Below, piece after piece: positions 30,030 to 38,344 of a DNA stretch of 64,000 nucleotides (the first letter of the stretch is position 1; every line of letters begins with the position of its first letter). The stretch is taken from positions 544,001 to 608,000 of the forward strand of contig CAVTTN010000002.1 of the NCBI GenBank assembly GCA_963737655.1. The letters run 5' to 3'. The notes under the pieces are model-generated. The model worked only from the letters and a program-made list of their open reading frames with translations, ran no database searches and was not told where the DNA came from. This DNA comes from an uncultured Planctomycetota bacterium. GTDB taxonomy: Bacteria > Planctomycetota > Planctomycetia > Isosphaerales > Isosphaeraceae. A program made the position numbers and the translations under genes.

Positions 30030-31811
30030 ATGAGGTTCAAGGAATGGCTCGAAGAGACTGACTGGCTCGACAACCCCCTCCTCGGAGGGATGCTCGCCCT
30101 CCACCGCTGGTTGGAGGAATTCTTCGAGGCGAGCGGCGGCGGGCCGATCACGCTGGAACCGGGCCAGCAGGATTTCAGGCTCGACCATCCCGGTCGCCAC
30201 CTCGACAAGATCCTTCCCGCCGCTTCCGATGGTGGACCCCGCATCATCCGGGGGCCGGACAGCAACTTCCTGATCCCCCTGGACAGCCTTGACCGGATTC
30301 AAGGGATGAACCCCCAGGACGTCCCGAAGTTGCTCAGCCATTTCGTGAGAGATCAGCCCTACATCGCCGCCTTCGCCCAAGCCAGCCCCGAGAACATGGC
30401 GTCGGCGATCATCTTCGTGCTCCTGACGATCCGGGCCGACTTCATGCAGGTCATGCAGACCTTCCCGCTCCTGATGTCCGTCCTCATGACGCACTTTCAG
30501 GACAAGCCGATGGCCCCCGGCGAATTGGAGGCGAAGCTGGGCGAGATGATGGAGAGACATGCGTCGATGTCTCACCCCAACCTTCGGGTCACGAGCAAGA
30601 CTGGCAAGGTCTACCGGAGGGGCTACGGTGTCGGCGGGCAAATCTTCGGCTTCAAGTACGAGGGAGTCACCGACGTCTGGAACCGGAGGGAGGCGATCTA
30701 CGGATCGATCATGAACCTCGTCGCCAAGAAGGACACGATCGCCGTCTTTGAGTACCTCCTGTCCACCATGAAAGGGCTCGCCCAGGCGAAGGCGGGTTTC
30801 TGCGTGCAACTCATCTTCGGCGAAATGGGCTGCATCGACATGCATAACGTCAATTCGTACAGCCAGTTCTACCTCGACCGTGGGCAGCCCCGCTCGAAGG
30901 CCACCGTCTTCCAGCCCGATCACCTCAACGGCCTCTACATGCGGTCCCCGGCCTCGAAGCGAGACCTCAACATGTACAACGCCCTCGACCCGAGGAAGTT
31001 CAGCAGCAAGCCTATGCTCCCCGGACCCAGGCCGTCGGGCGTTGTCGATGCCCGGCAGATGCGGACGTGGGGCAACCGGACCGAACGATTCAAAGGAAGC
31101 GTGAAGGCTTATGTTGACGTGCTGAGAGCGCTGGAGAAGGACGGGTTCACCACGATCAAGTTGTGGGACATCTGGGTCTCGTACGTCGCCAATGCCTACA
31201 CGAAGGTCTCGCCGAGGAAGGATGCCAACGGCGACGAGGACGGAGGCTCCCGGTACGCCCGAGACGGCCTGCTGGCGGGAAACCCGCTCGACACGGCGAG
31301 CGACCCGACCGACGCCCGGATCATGAAAACGAAGGGGCCGATCCCGGACCGGAACACGTTGTTGACGCAGGCGAAGAACATCCGGTGGGTCAAGGACCCA
31401 CAGACGGGCATCCTCAGGCCGATCAAGAAGGACAACGACCAGTCGAACCCGCTTGACACGTTTTCTCTCGATGGGATGGACATGGAACCCAGTGCCGGGG
31501 CGGCAAGCCTTGCTCACGGTGCGACGTGGTGGTGGAGGACGCCTGGGTACTGGTGGGATCTCATACGCCAGGCCCAGGGTCATCGGGCGAAGGACGGCAT
31601 CCGCTACTCCTCCGACGACTGGGCCGGGCCGATCAGCGATGTCGCCAAGCCCCTGGCCTACCTGGCGACCGAGCCGGAGATGCTCGACGCCCTGTTCCCC
31701 GACAGGGACGAGCGGCGGCGGTTCAAGAGGGAACTGGACGATGTGCTGAAGCGGCACGACTTCTGGGCGAAGAAAGACTACAAGCCGAGCAAGGCGTCGA
31801 GGTCGAACTGA
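30030..31811 (+). CDS. phage-like protein with HhH-GPD DNA-glycosylase-like domain
   Basis: MKGLAQAKAGFCVQLIFGEMGCIDMHN resembles the HhH-Lys...Asp-x-His core; N-terminus MRFKEWLEE. Confidence 0.6.
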   Translation: MRFKEWLEETDWLDNPLLGGMLALHRWLEEFFEASGGGPITLEPGQQDFRLDHPGRHLDKILPAASDGGPRIIRGPDSNFLIPLDSLDRIQGMNPQDVPKLLSHFVRDQPYIAAFAQASPENMASAIIFVLLTIRADFMQVMQTFPLLMSVLMTHFQDKPMAPGELEAKLGEMMERHASMSHPNLRVTSKTGKVYRRGYGVGGQIFGFKYEGVTDVWNRREAIYGSIMNLVAKKDTIAVFEYLLSTMKGLAQAKAGFCVQLIFGEMGCIDMHNVNSYSQFYLDRGQPRSKATVFQPDHLNGLYMRSPASKRDLNMYNALDPRKFSSKPMLPGPRPSGVVDARQMRTWGNRTERFKGSVKAYVDVLRALEKDGFTTIKLWDIWVSYVANAYTKVSPRKDANGDEDGGSRYARDGLLAGNPLDTASDPTDARIMKTKGPIPDRNTLLTQAKNIRWVKDPQTGILRPIKKDNDQSNPLDTFSLDGMDMEPSAGAASLAHGATWWWRTPGYWWDLIRQAQGHRAKDGIRYSSDDWAGPISDVAKPLAYLATEPEMLDALFPDRDERRRFKRELDDVLKRHDFWAKKDYKPSKASRSN

Positions 31812-31852
31812 ATTTTTAGACTCTGAAGCAGGTGTTGTCTGGAGGGCTCACG

Positions 31853-32080
31853 ATGACGGACGAATTCGATGAAGACGGTGAAGAGTTGCTCTACGAGGGT
31901 GCCCAGTGCTGCCGGTGTGATCTGGATCTCGACCCTCGGAGCGGCTACTGCCCGAACGACCGATGCCCCTTCAACGGTCGGCATCAGGGCGAGATCGTGC
32001 GATTGTCGCCGCCCGATCAACAAGAGGAGCTTCATATCGAGCGGGTCCGGGCTGGGCTCCTCGAAGAAGGCGAACGCTGA
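31853..32080 (+). CDS. small Cys-rich hypothetical protein
   Basis: GGAGG SD; CCRC...CPNDRCP..H. Confidence 0.55.
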   Translation: MTDEFDEDGEELLYEGAQCCRCDLDLDPRSGYCPNDRCPFNGRHQGEIVRLSPPDQQEELHIERVRAGLLEEGER

Positions 32081-32191
32081 GGGCAGAACATTTCGGCGAA
32101 CTTGCATTTGACGATTCTTGGTTTTTCAGCCTACTTGTCCTGTGTGCCTCCTCTGAGGCCAAACTCTCCGACAAAAACAATCGAGACATTC

Positions 32192-32581
32192 ATGATCAGG
32201 ACCAGCCGAAATGGCGGATCGACGCAGATCACGCCCACCAGCGATTGTGGTTTCGGGTCCGATGCAGGCATCGGACTTCAATCAGCCCACCCAAGTGCCC
32301 CAGCATCTTGTTCCGACGGGCACGAGTGGGTCGTGTTCAGCACCGCCCTACTGGACGCTTGCCTCATGCTTCAGTGCATCGAGTGCGGGACCCACGGGAC
32401 CGTTGACGACCCAACCAAGGAAGAGTGGTCGGAGGCGTTCTATGCCCCGTCCAATCCCTACCGGTGGGAGGACGAGTCGAGGGTCCGCATCAGGGGCCGA
32501 GGCCCCCTCTACGTCGGGAAGTTCGGCGACCAAGCGGACGATCGATCCCCGTCCCCTCGTGCTGAAGGGATGGTGGCCTGA
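32192..32581 (+). CDS. hypothetical zinc-ribbon protein (start uncertain)
   Basis: C..GHEW...LQCIECG; TGATG coupling to next gene. Confidence 0.55.
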   Translation: MIRTSRNGGSTQITPTSDCGFGSDAGIGLQSAHPSAPASCSDGHEWVVFSTALLDACLMLQCIECGTHGTVDDPTKEEWSEAFYAPSNPYRWEDESRVRIRGRGPLYVGKFGDQADDRSPSPRAEGMVA

Positions 32582-33129
32582 TGGCGACGTGCGAGAAGAT
32601 CGACCCGATTGTCATCAACCCCGACGGCTCGATCCAGGATGAGGTCTTCTCCCTGGACGAGAACGACTTCCTACAGGGCTGGCAGCCCGTCACCGAGCCG
32701 ACCGGGAAAGACGAGGAAGAATCCGAACGGGTGGGGAAACGAATCCGAGCTTGGCCGCAGCAGTGCTGGTTCAACGCCCGACGGGCCGTCATGCGCCTCT
32801 CGGATTACGCCGACGCCAGCTACGTCGAGGGATATTGCATGATGGTCGGTGGCTGGGTGATGGAGCACGGGTGGGTCTACCGCCCGGACGGCACGGTCAT
32901 CGACCCTACACTCCCCAGAAAGGTCGTCGCCTACTTCCCCGGCCTGGAGTTCCGGGGTCTTGCAGGCATAAGCGAGTTCCTCGCCACTCCGAGGGGCCGG
33001 AAATGCAAGCGGTCCCCGTTCTTCTACGCCTTCGGCTGGGGCGGCGGGGACAGCCCCAGCTTCTCGGCATCCATGCTTCGGGCGTTTGCTTACCAGAAGG
33101 ATTCCCTGTCGGTAGTGCAGGCAGCATGA
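32581..33129 (+). CDS. hypothetical protein, transglutaminase/papain-like Cys-His-Asp motif
   Basis: QCWFNA, YVEGY, EHGW, VIDPT. Confidence 0.65.
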   Translation: MATCEKIDPIVINPDGSIQDEVFSLDENDFLQGWQPVTEPTGKDEEESERVGKRIRAWPQQCWFNARRAVMRLSDYADASYVEGYCMMVGGWVMEHGWVYRPDGTVIDPTLPRKVVAYFPGLEFRGLAGISEFLATPRGRKCKRSPFFYAFGWGGGDSPSFSASMLRAFAYQKDSLSVVQAA

Positions 33130-33316
33130 GGGGGCTTCCAGGGGGCGTTTCCCGCCCGGGCTGAGAACTTCATAGTTCGACCCGTCATGGCGTAGGGTGT
33201 CACCGATCCGTCATTAAACGTCCCCGGCCCCGAACGTGGGCGTAGGAGGGAATGCTTTCGCAGTATCCTCCACGCCGCATCCGCCAACGTGAGCTTCCGG
33301 CTGACCGAGAGGGGCA

Positions 33317-33556
33317 TCAGGGTTGCGGCAGGACGGGCCGAACCCCCTGATTCGCCACCTGTCGGGACTCGGGCGAGATGGCCCTCTTCAGATCGCCGGG
33401 GGTCAACGATGTCCCCCGCTTCTTCGCCCTCTCTATGGCCCTCTTCGTATCCTCAAGTCCTGGGGATGCGAGGCTGATCGCTGTCGCCCGTGTCAGCCGG
33501 AGGGGGCTGGGAGTGAGGGCCTGCCGAGACTGAACGTATTCCGAGAAACTCATCAT
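33317..33556 (-). CDS. small basic hypothetical protein
   Basis: ATGA-coupled to the HNH gene; N-terminus MMSFSEYV. Confidence 0.55.
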   Translation of the reverse strand: MMSFSEYVQSRQALTPSPLRLTRATAISLASPGLEDTKRAIERAKKRGTSLTPGDLKRAISPESRQVANQGVRPVLPQP

Positions 33557-34134
33557 GCGACGGCCCTCCGAGGTCCAGGCCGATCGGCGACGAGGGTTTC
33601 GGGCTGCTCGGAGGGTAGGAGATGCCTCCAGGTCAGGCCCCGGACGATGGCCCTGACGTTGGACTCGCTGACTTTGAAGTGGTCGGCGATGCTCCTCATC
33701 GACCGACCGTCGGCTCTCATCCTGCGGATTTCGATGACTTTGGCTTCAGTCAATTTCGAACGGAGCCTCTCCCCCCTGGCTTTGGTGCCGTGCTTCACCG
33801 CATCGTCGCTGTTCGTCTGATGGGTGCCCCAGTACAAGTTCGTCAAGGCATTGTTCAAGCGGTCTCCATCCTTGTGGCAGGCGATGCACCCGGACCGTCC
33901 CGGTCCTTCGAATGCCCCCAAGACAAGTCGATGTATACGGCGGATCGCCTTCTTACCATCCGTCGCAGGGAGATTCACGGTGGAGTAGCCGTCACGGAGG
34001 ATCCGCATGAGGGGGAGCCAGGTGTCGGTGGGCAGCCGGTAGCGGCCCCGGCGGACCCAGCAAGACTGGACCTCACCGTCCCTACTTACACGGTATCCGG
34101 GGAACTCGGGAATTGGGCGGTAGAAATTGTTCAT
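33553..34134 (-). CDS. NUMOD4-HNH homing-endonuclease-like protein with C-terminal HTH
   Basis: PIPEFPGYRVSRDGEV, IHRLVLGAF, CHKDGDRLNNALTNL..GT..N, SKLTE..V.EIR. Confidence 0.92.
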   Translation of the reverse strand: MNNFYRPIPEFPGYRVSRDGEVQSCWVRRGRYRLPTDTWLPLMRILRDGYSTVNLPATDGKKAIRRIHRLVLGAFEGPGRSGCIACHKDGDRLNNALTNLYWGTHQTNSDDAVKHGTKARGERLRSKLTEAKVIEIRRMRADGRSMRSIADHFKVSESNVRAIVRGLTWRHLLPSEQPETLVADRPGPRRAVA

Positions 34135-34219
34135 GCTCGTATATATGCGGCTATCATCGAACTTTTCGCACTCTTCAGGGATACGGAAATTTTTCTACGG
34201 GGCCATCTCTATATACTGC

Positions 34220-34912
34220 ATGATGACGTTCATGAAATACATCGAATGGGTCTCACTACACGAGGCCGCAAGACGGTCCTTTTCCCGCACCTTGGCGAAG
34301 TTCCACACGACCTCAACCAACAAGCCAGTGGCGGTCCTTACCGCCTGGCGTGGCGAGCTTGCCGACGCCTCTGGCAAGCCCCACACCGAGGCCGTGAGGC
34401 GAAAGCTGAACGACGATGCGAACCGCAAGCTGGCGGTCGAGGTCCGACGTCGGGGGCTGTCGCTCGTCCCGGTCATCGGGGCCGGTCAGGAAGAAGATGA
34501 AGATGGCGTCCTGACTGCCAACCGGGAGGAGAGCTACCTCATCCAGCCAATCGGCGACATGCCCGAGCGAGAGTTCCTGGACCACATCAGGAGCATCCTT
34601 TACAACCCCACTGGCGAGCCCGGTAGAGGTCTCTACCCCCACACCCAATGGGGCGGCGTGGTCAAGCTCCCGAGCCAACCGAAGGCGTTTATTGTCCATC
34701 AACAGGACGACCCAACCGGCCCCGAAGACTACCGTATCGGCGACCACCTGGGGACGACCGCCAGGCCCAGAAAGAGCGAACCCTATTACACCCAGTTGAA
34801 GTACGGACCCAGGGCCTCGGATTCGATGATGGATTCGCTGGACAAGCCGGACGACCTGGGTACGATCAAGGGACAACCTGGGCGCAGGTTCACATTGGGA
34901 GGCGTGTCATGA
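34220..34912 (+). CDS. phage-like hypothetical protein (DUF3293-like core)
   Basis: AVLTAWRG...N..ANRKL...GL..VPV.G...EESYLI; N-terminus MMTFMKYIEW..LHE. Confidence 0.65.
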   Translation: MMTFMKYIEWVSLHEAARRSFSRTLAKFHTTSTNKPVAVLTAWRGELADASGKPHTEAVRRKLNDDANRKLAVEVRRRGLSLVPVIGAGQEEDEDGVLTANREESYLIQPIGDMPEREFLDHIRSILYNPTGEPGRGLYPHTQWGGVVKLPSQPKAFIVHQQDDPTGPEDYRIGDHLGTTARPRKSEPYYTQLKYGPRASDSMMDSLDKPDDLGTIKGQPGRRFTLGGVS

Positions 34913-35199
34913 GTGATGATCTTGATAAGCGGTCAGACAGCGACCGGCTCGGCGAACTGAAGGTCGAGCTATCTCGACACTTCGGCAAATTCACCCGCTG
35001 GAGGGCTCTGTGCCAGGAGCGGGACGTCACCACCAACGAGGAGCAGATCCGCCTTGCCGAGGAGGTACTGAAGGCACCGTCCACCGGAACAAATGCCGAA
35101 TGGCTCACCCACCACTTGCGGCTCCAAGGCGGCAAGAGCTTCGACGTCGATGAGATGCTCGCCCGCAGCGATGCGGCTCCGGGGAAGGACGAGGCGTGA
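34909..35199 (+). CDS. hypothetical protein
   Basis: GGAGG SD; overlaps both neighbours by 4 nt. Confidence 0.6.
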   Translation: MSDDLDKRSDSDRLGELKVELSRHFGKFTRWRALCQERDVTTNEEQIRLAEEVLKAPSTGTNAEWLTHHLRLQGGKSFDVDEMLARSDAAPGKDEA

Positions 35200-36023
35200 A
35201 CGGCGAGATTGTGGCAGGGCTGGGGTTCAAGGACTGGCTGACGAACGAGACGCTCGCCTTGGCCGGGAACTACAAGGGCGGTGTCTTCCAGCGGCTCGTG
35301 GCGGCAAGTTACAAACTCTCCCCGTTCAGCGACCCCGCCGCCCGCCCCGCCTTCGAAGAACTCGCCCGCAAGATGGCCCGCCAGAACGACTTTCTCAGGC
35401 ACTCGTACGACTTCATCCCTTCGTCCGGCGACCACTACTCCAGTTTCAACCAGCTTCGACGCTCGATCGATGCTCAGCGGCAAGCCGGGAAGAAGCGGGC
35501 CGACATGTACGTCTACGCCGAGCCGCCTGGTCCCGAGGGGGACGCCGCCCAACAGGGCCACCCGGTCTTCACGAACGACCAGAACGTCATGGTCCGGGGC
35601 GTCCACGACGCCATCGCCCATCTGGGCGGCAACCACCCGTTCTCGGCCCGAGGCGAGTACGGGGCGTACAACCGGCACGTCAAGACGCTCTGCAACGTCC
35701 AGGACGCCAGGGCCGGACGGTGCCCGGCGGCTGCGGCCCTGTTCACGGAGATCGTCGGGCAGACGTCGTTCTACTACGTCTACGGTCAGTTCGCCCCCCA
35801 GAAGGCCGTCTTCCTCCCCGACTTCGACTGCTACAACGTCGGCCTGCTCGCCCCCTCGTCGAGGTTGAACGGCTTATTCATGGTCAAGGACAAGGACCTC
35901 GTTTGCAGGCAGGACTTCGACGCCGAGGTCTTCGCAAAGGACTTCCCGGCGCTCTCGCAGGAGCTTGCCCGGCAGGTCGGCAGCCCGAAGGTCAGGCTGG
36001 CCAACATCCCGATCCAACGGTGA
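35196..36023 (+). CDS. phage-like hypothetical protein with RxVHDxxxH...GE...H...TE..GQ...F.PQK motif
   Basis: RGVHDAIAH, RGEYGAYNRH, ALFTEIVGQ, FAPQKA; near-N-terminal FKDWLTNE. Confidence 0.65.
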   Translation: MNGEIVAGLGFKDWLTNETLALAGNYKGGVFQRLVAASYKLSPFSDPAARPAFEELARKMARQNDFLRHSYDFIPSSGDHYSSFNQLRRSIDAQRQAGKKRADMYVYAEPPGPEGDAAQQGHPVFTNDQNVMVRGVHDAIAHLGGNHPFSARGEYGAYNRHVKTLCNVQDARAGRCPAAAALFTEIVGQTSFYYVYGQFAPQKAVFLPDFDCYNVGLLAPSSRLNGLFMVKDKDLVCRQDFDAEVFAKDFPALSQELARQVGSPKVRLANIPIQR

Positions 36024-36082
36024 CAATGGGACATCGGACATGGCAAGGGCACGTCCTCGATAGGATGGTTGCAGGGCCACTG

Positions 36083-36580
36083 ATGACGTTTCCCCTGACT
36101 GAGAGCCCCATCGAGGAGGCCACCGCCTTGGATGCCCCGCTCTACTTCGAGGACCTGGCGGTCGGACAGACGTTCGGGACCGGCACCGTCACGGTCGAGC
36201 CCGAGATGATCAAGGCGTTCGCCGCCGAGTTCGACCCGCAGCCCTTCCACCTGGACCAGGACGCCGCCCGTGGGAGCCTCTTCGGCGGGCTCGTGTCGAG
36301 CGGCTGGCACACCGCCGCCCTGACGATGAAGCTGCTGGTCGGGGGCGAATTGAAGATCGTGGGCGGACTCATCGGCCTGGGGGTCGAGGATCTCCGGTGG
36401 CCCCGTCCCGTCCATCCCGGTGACGTCCTGCGTGTCGAGAGCGAGATACTCGGCCTTCGACCGTCGAAATCTCAGCCGAGCCGGGGTATCGTCAGGGTGC
36501 GAAATACAACCTTCAACCAGGACGGCCATCCGGTGATGATCCAAGTCGTCAACATGATCGTGCCGAGGCGTACGCCTTGA
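36083..36580 (+). CDS. MaoC-family dehydratase
   Basis: YFEDL, FDPQPFHLD, SGWHT, PVHPGD. Confidence 0.92.
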   Translation: MTFPLTESPIEEATALDAPLYFEDLAVGQTFGTGTVTVEPEMIKAFAAEFDPQPFHLDQDAARGSLFGGLVSSGWHTAALTMKLLVGGELKIVGGLIGLGVEDLRWPRPVHPGDVLRVESEILGLRPSKSQPSRGIVRVRNTTFNQDGHPVMIQVVNMIVPRRTP

Positions 36581-36704
36581 TCCTTTCGAGTCCCCATCAC
36601 ACGATATCGGAAGGTCCACGGAGACGACCTCGGGGTTAATCCTCGCCGTCGCCCACGGTTGACATGGCAAGGCTGTTTTCGCTGTTCCCCCGAGGGCGAC
36701 GGTC

Positions 36705-37130
36705 ATGTTCCGCCAGTCGATCGAGGTCGCCGCCGAGCCCGGCGTGCTGTTCGACCTGACCCAGGACTACTCGCACCGGCTCGACTGGGACCCGTTCCTG
36801 AAGGAGGCGAGGCTGGTCGGCGGGGCCGAGAGTCCGGGCGTCGGTGTCCGGGCCTGGTGCGTGGCCCGGAACGGATTGGGGATGGAGACCGAGTACGTCT
36901 CGTTCAACCCGCCGGGGGCCTGCGCCGTCGAGATGACCAGGGGGCCTTGGTTCTTCCGGGCCTTCTCCGGCTCCTGGCGGTTCGACCGGATCGGGCCGGG
37001 ACGGACCAGGGTCACGTTCACCTACAGCCTCGCCGGACGCCCTTCTCTCATTTCCGGCCCGCTTCGACTGGTATTCGCCCGTGAGACCCGCCGTCGCCTC
37101 GGAGCGCTGAAGCGGGCTGTCGAGGGATGA
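36705..37130 (+). CDS. SRPBCC / polyketide cyclase family protein
   Basis: FDLTQDY..RLDWDPF, GPWFF..FSGSWRF. Confidence 0.85.
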   Translation: MFRQSIEVAAEPGVLFDLTQDYSHRLDWDPFLKEARLVGGAESPGVGVRAWCVARNGLGMETEYVSFNPPGACAVEMTRGPWFFRAFSGSWRFDRIGPGRTRVTFTYSLAGRPSLISGPLRLVFARETRRRLGALKRAVEG

Positions 37131-37415
37131 AGGCGTCGGGTCGTTCGCTCCCGGTGGCACGAACCCTCCGGGCAAGGTGATGAATGGATCGGCCTGCGAG
37201 CCCGTGATACCCTCATTGCAGGAGCCATTGATCAAAAGAGCGGTGATGGATCATGGGGCGGCACAAGATGGGCACCTGGGACCACCTGAAGAAGAGGCTC
37301 AAAGTCTACTATGCTTCCGATGGTGTGGTCAAGAAACCGAAGCCAAGGGTAGTGTCTCAGTTTGAATCCCATTTTTTTGCGGGCGCTCTCGGCCCGCGTA
37401 TTTCTGAACGCCCGG

Positions 37416-38246
37416 TCAGTCGATCAAACTGACAAGTTCTTCGAGCGACCAGAGATGATCCGCCACCTTGGCCGCCATCGCCGGGGTGACGCGCAGCGTC
37501 TGGTGCCGACGCACGAAGTTGTAGTGCATGTAGTGCAACGCAACGGCATGCTCAAGGTTCTCGATCTTCTTGGAGAAGGCGTTCGTCAACCGAGTGAACC
37601 GACGCATCCGCATTCGCATCGTTAGATTCTGGCGCTCAACATAGCTTGTTGATATTTGAGCTTCGTCCGGCGATCCGGTGATCGGCCGCTTCTCGATCCC
37701 GGTGCATTCGCCGGGACTATACCGGACTTCCGGCCCACGCCCGCCCTCGTTGCCGTAGAGCTTGATGAGCATGGCATAGTCGATCTCGCCCCCGAAGCCC
37801 GCCTCCACGGCTTCGAGGTAGGGCTTGTGGCCGTCCGTGGTCAACTGGACCCGATGGGCGAGCCGGGACGCCAGGTCCGCGATGAAGGCCGTCGCGTGGG
37901 CCGTGTCGCGGGCCCCGACGAGGAACGACGGCACCAGCTTCGTGTCGGCGCAGATCGCCGTCCAGGTCCACACGTCGCCGACCCCCTTCTGGCCCTTCCG
38001 CTCGGCCGGGACGTTCTTCTCCTTCATCCCGACGAAGGACCAGATCTCATCGCACTGGACCCGCTTGCACGGCAACTTGCGGAGCGTCTCGTGCTGGTAC
38101 TTCGCGCAGGCCGTCCCGGCGTCGATCAGGAGCTTCGTGACCGTGTTGATCGACACTCCGGTCATCCGCTGCGTCGATCGGAGGGAGTTGCCTTCGACCA
38201 GGGCCGAGAGGATCGCGACACGCTTGGCCGTCTTGAGTTGGTTCAT
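37416..38246 (-). CDS. IS1-family DDE transposase
   Basis: HTH SLRSTQRMTGVSINTV; QCDEIW, LTTDG, TSYVERQN, RRFTRLTNAFSKK. Confidence 0.92.
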   Translation of the reverse strand: MNQLKTAKRVAILSALVEGNSLRSTQRMTGVSINTVTKLLIDAGTACAKYQHETLRKLPCKRVQCDEIWSFVGMKEKNVPAERKGQKGVGDVWTWTAICADTKLVPSFLVGARDTAHATAFIADLASRLAHRVQLTTDGHKPYLEAVEAGFGGEIDYAMLIKLYGNEGGRGPEVRYSPGECTGIEKRPITGSPDEAQISTSYVERQNLTMRMRMRRFTRLTNAFSKKIENLEHAVALHYMHYNFVRRHQTLRVTPAMAAKVADHLWSLEELVSLID

Positions 38247-38344
38247 ACTGACAGTATGCATTTTCGGTCAAGCATAGTCAAGCGGAAAAAGTTCAGTTTG
38301 GCCCGGATTTGCTCCGGGTTACAGAAATGAGTGCTGACAGGGGT

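Noticed and set aside
29481..31757. long antisense ORFs (also 51796..53646, 54471..55970, 56076..57674)
   Set aside because: Typical stop-poor reverse frames of GC-rich genes, with no motifs.
21370..36023. intact prophage
   Set aside because: No recognisable terminase, portal, capsid, tail, lysis or integrase genes.
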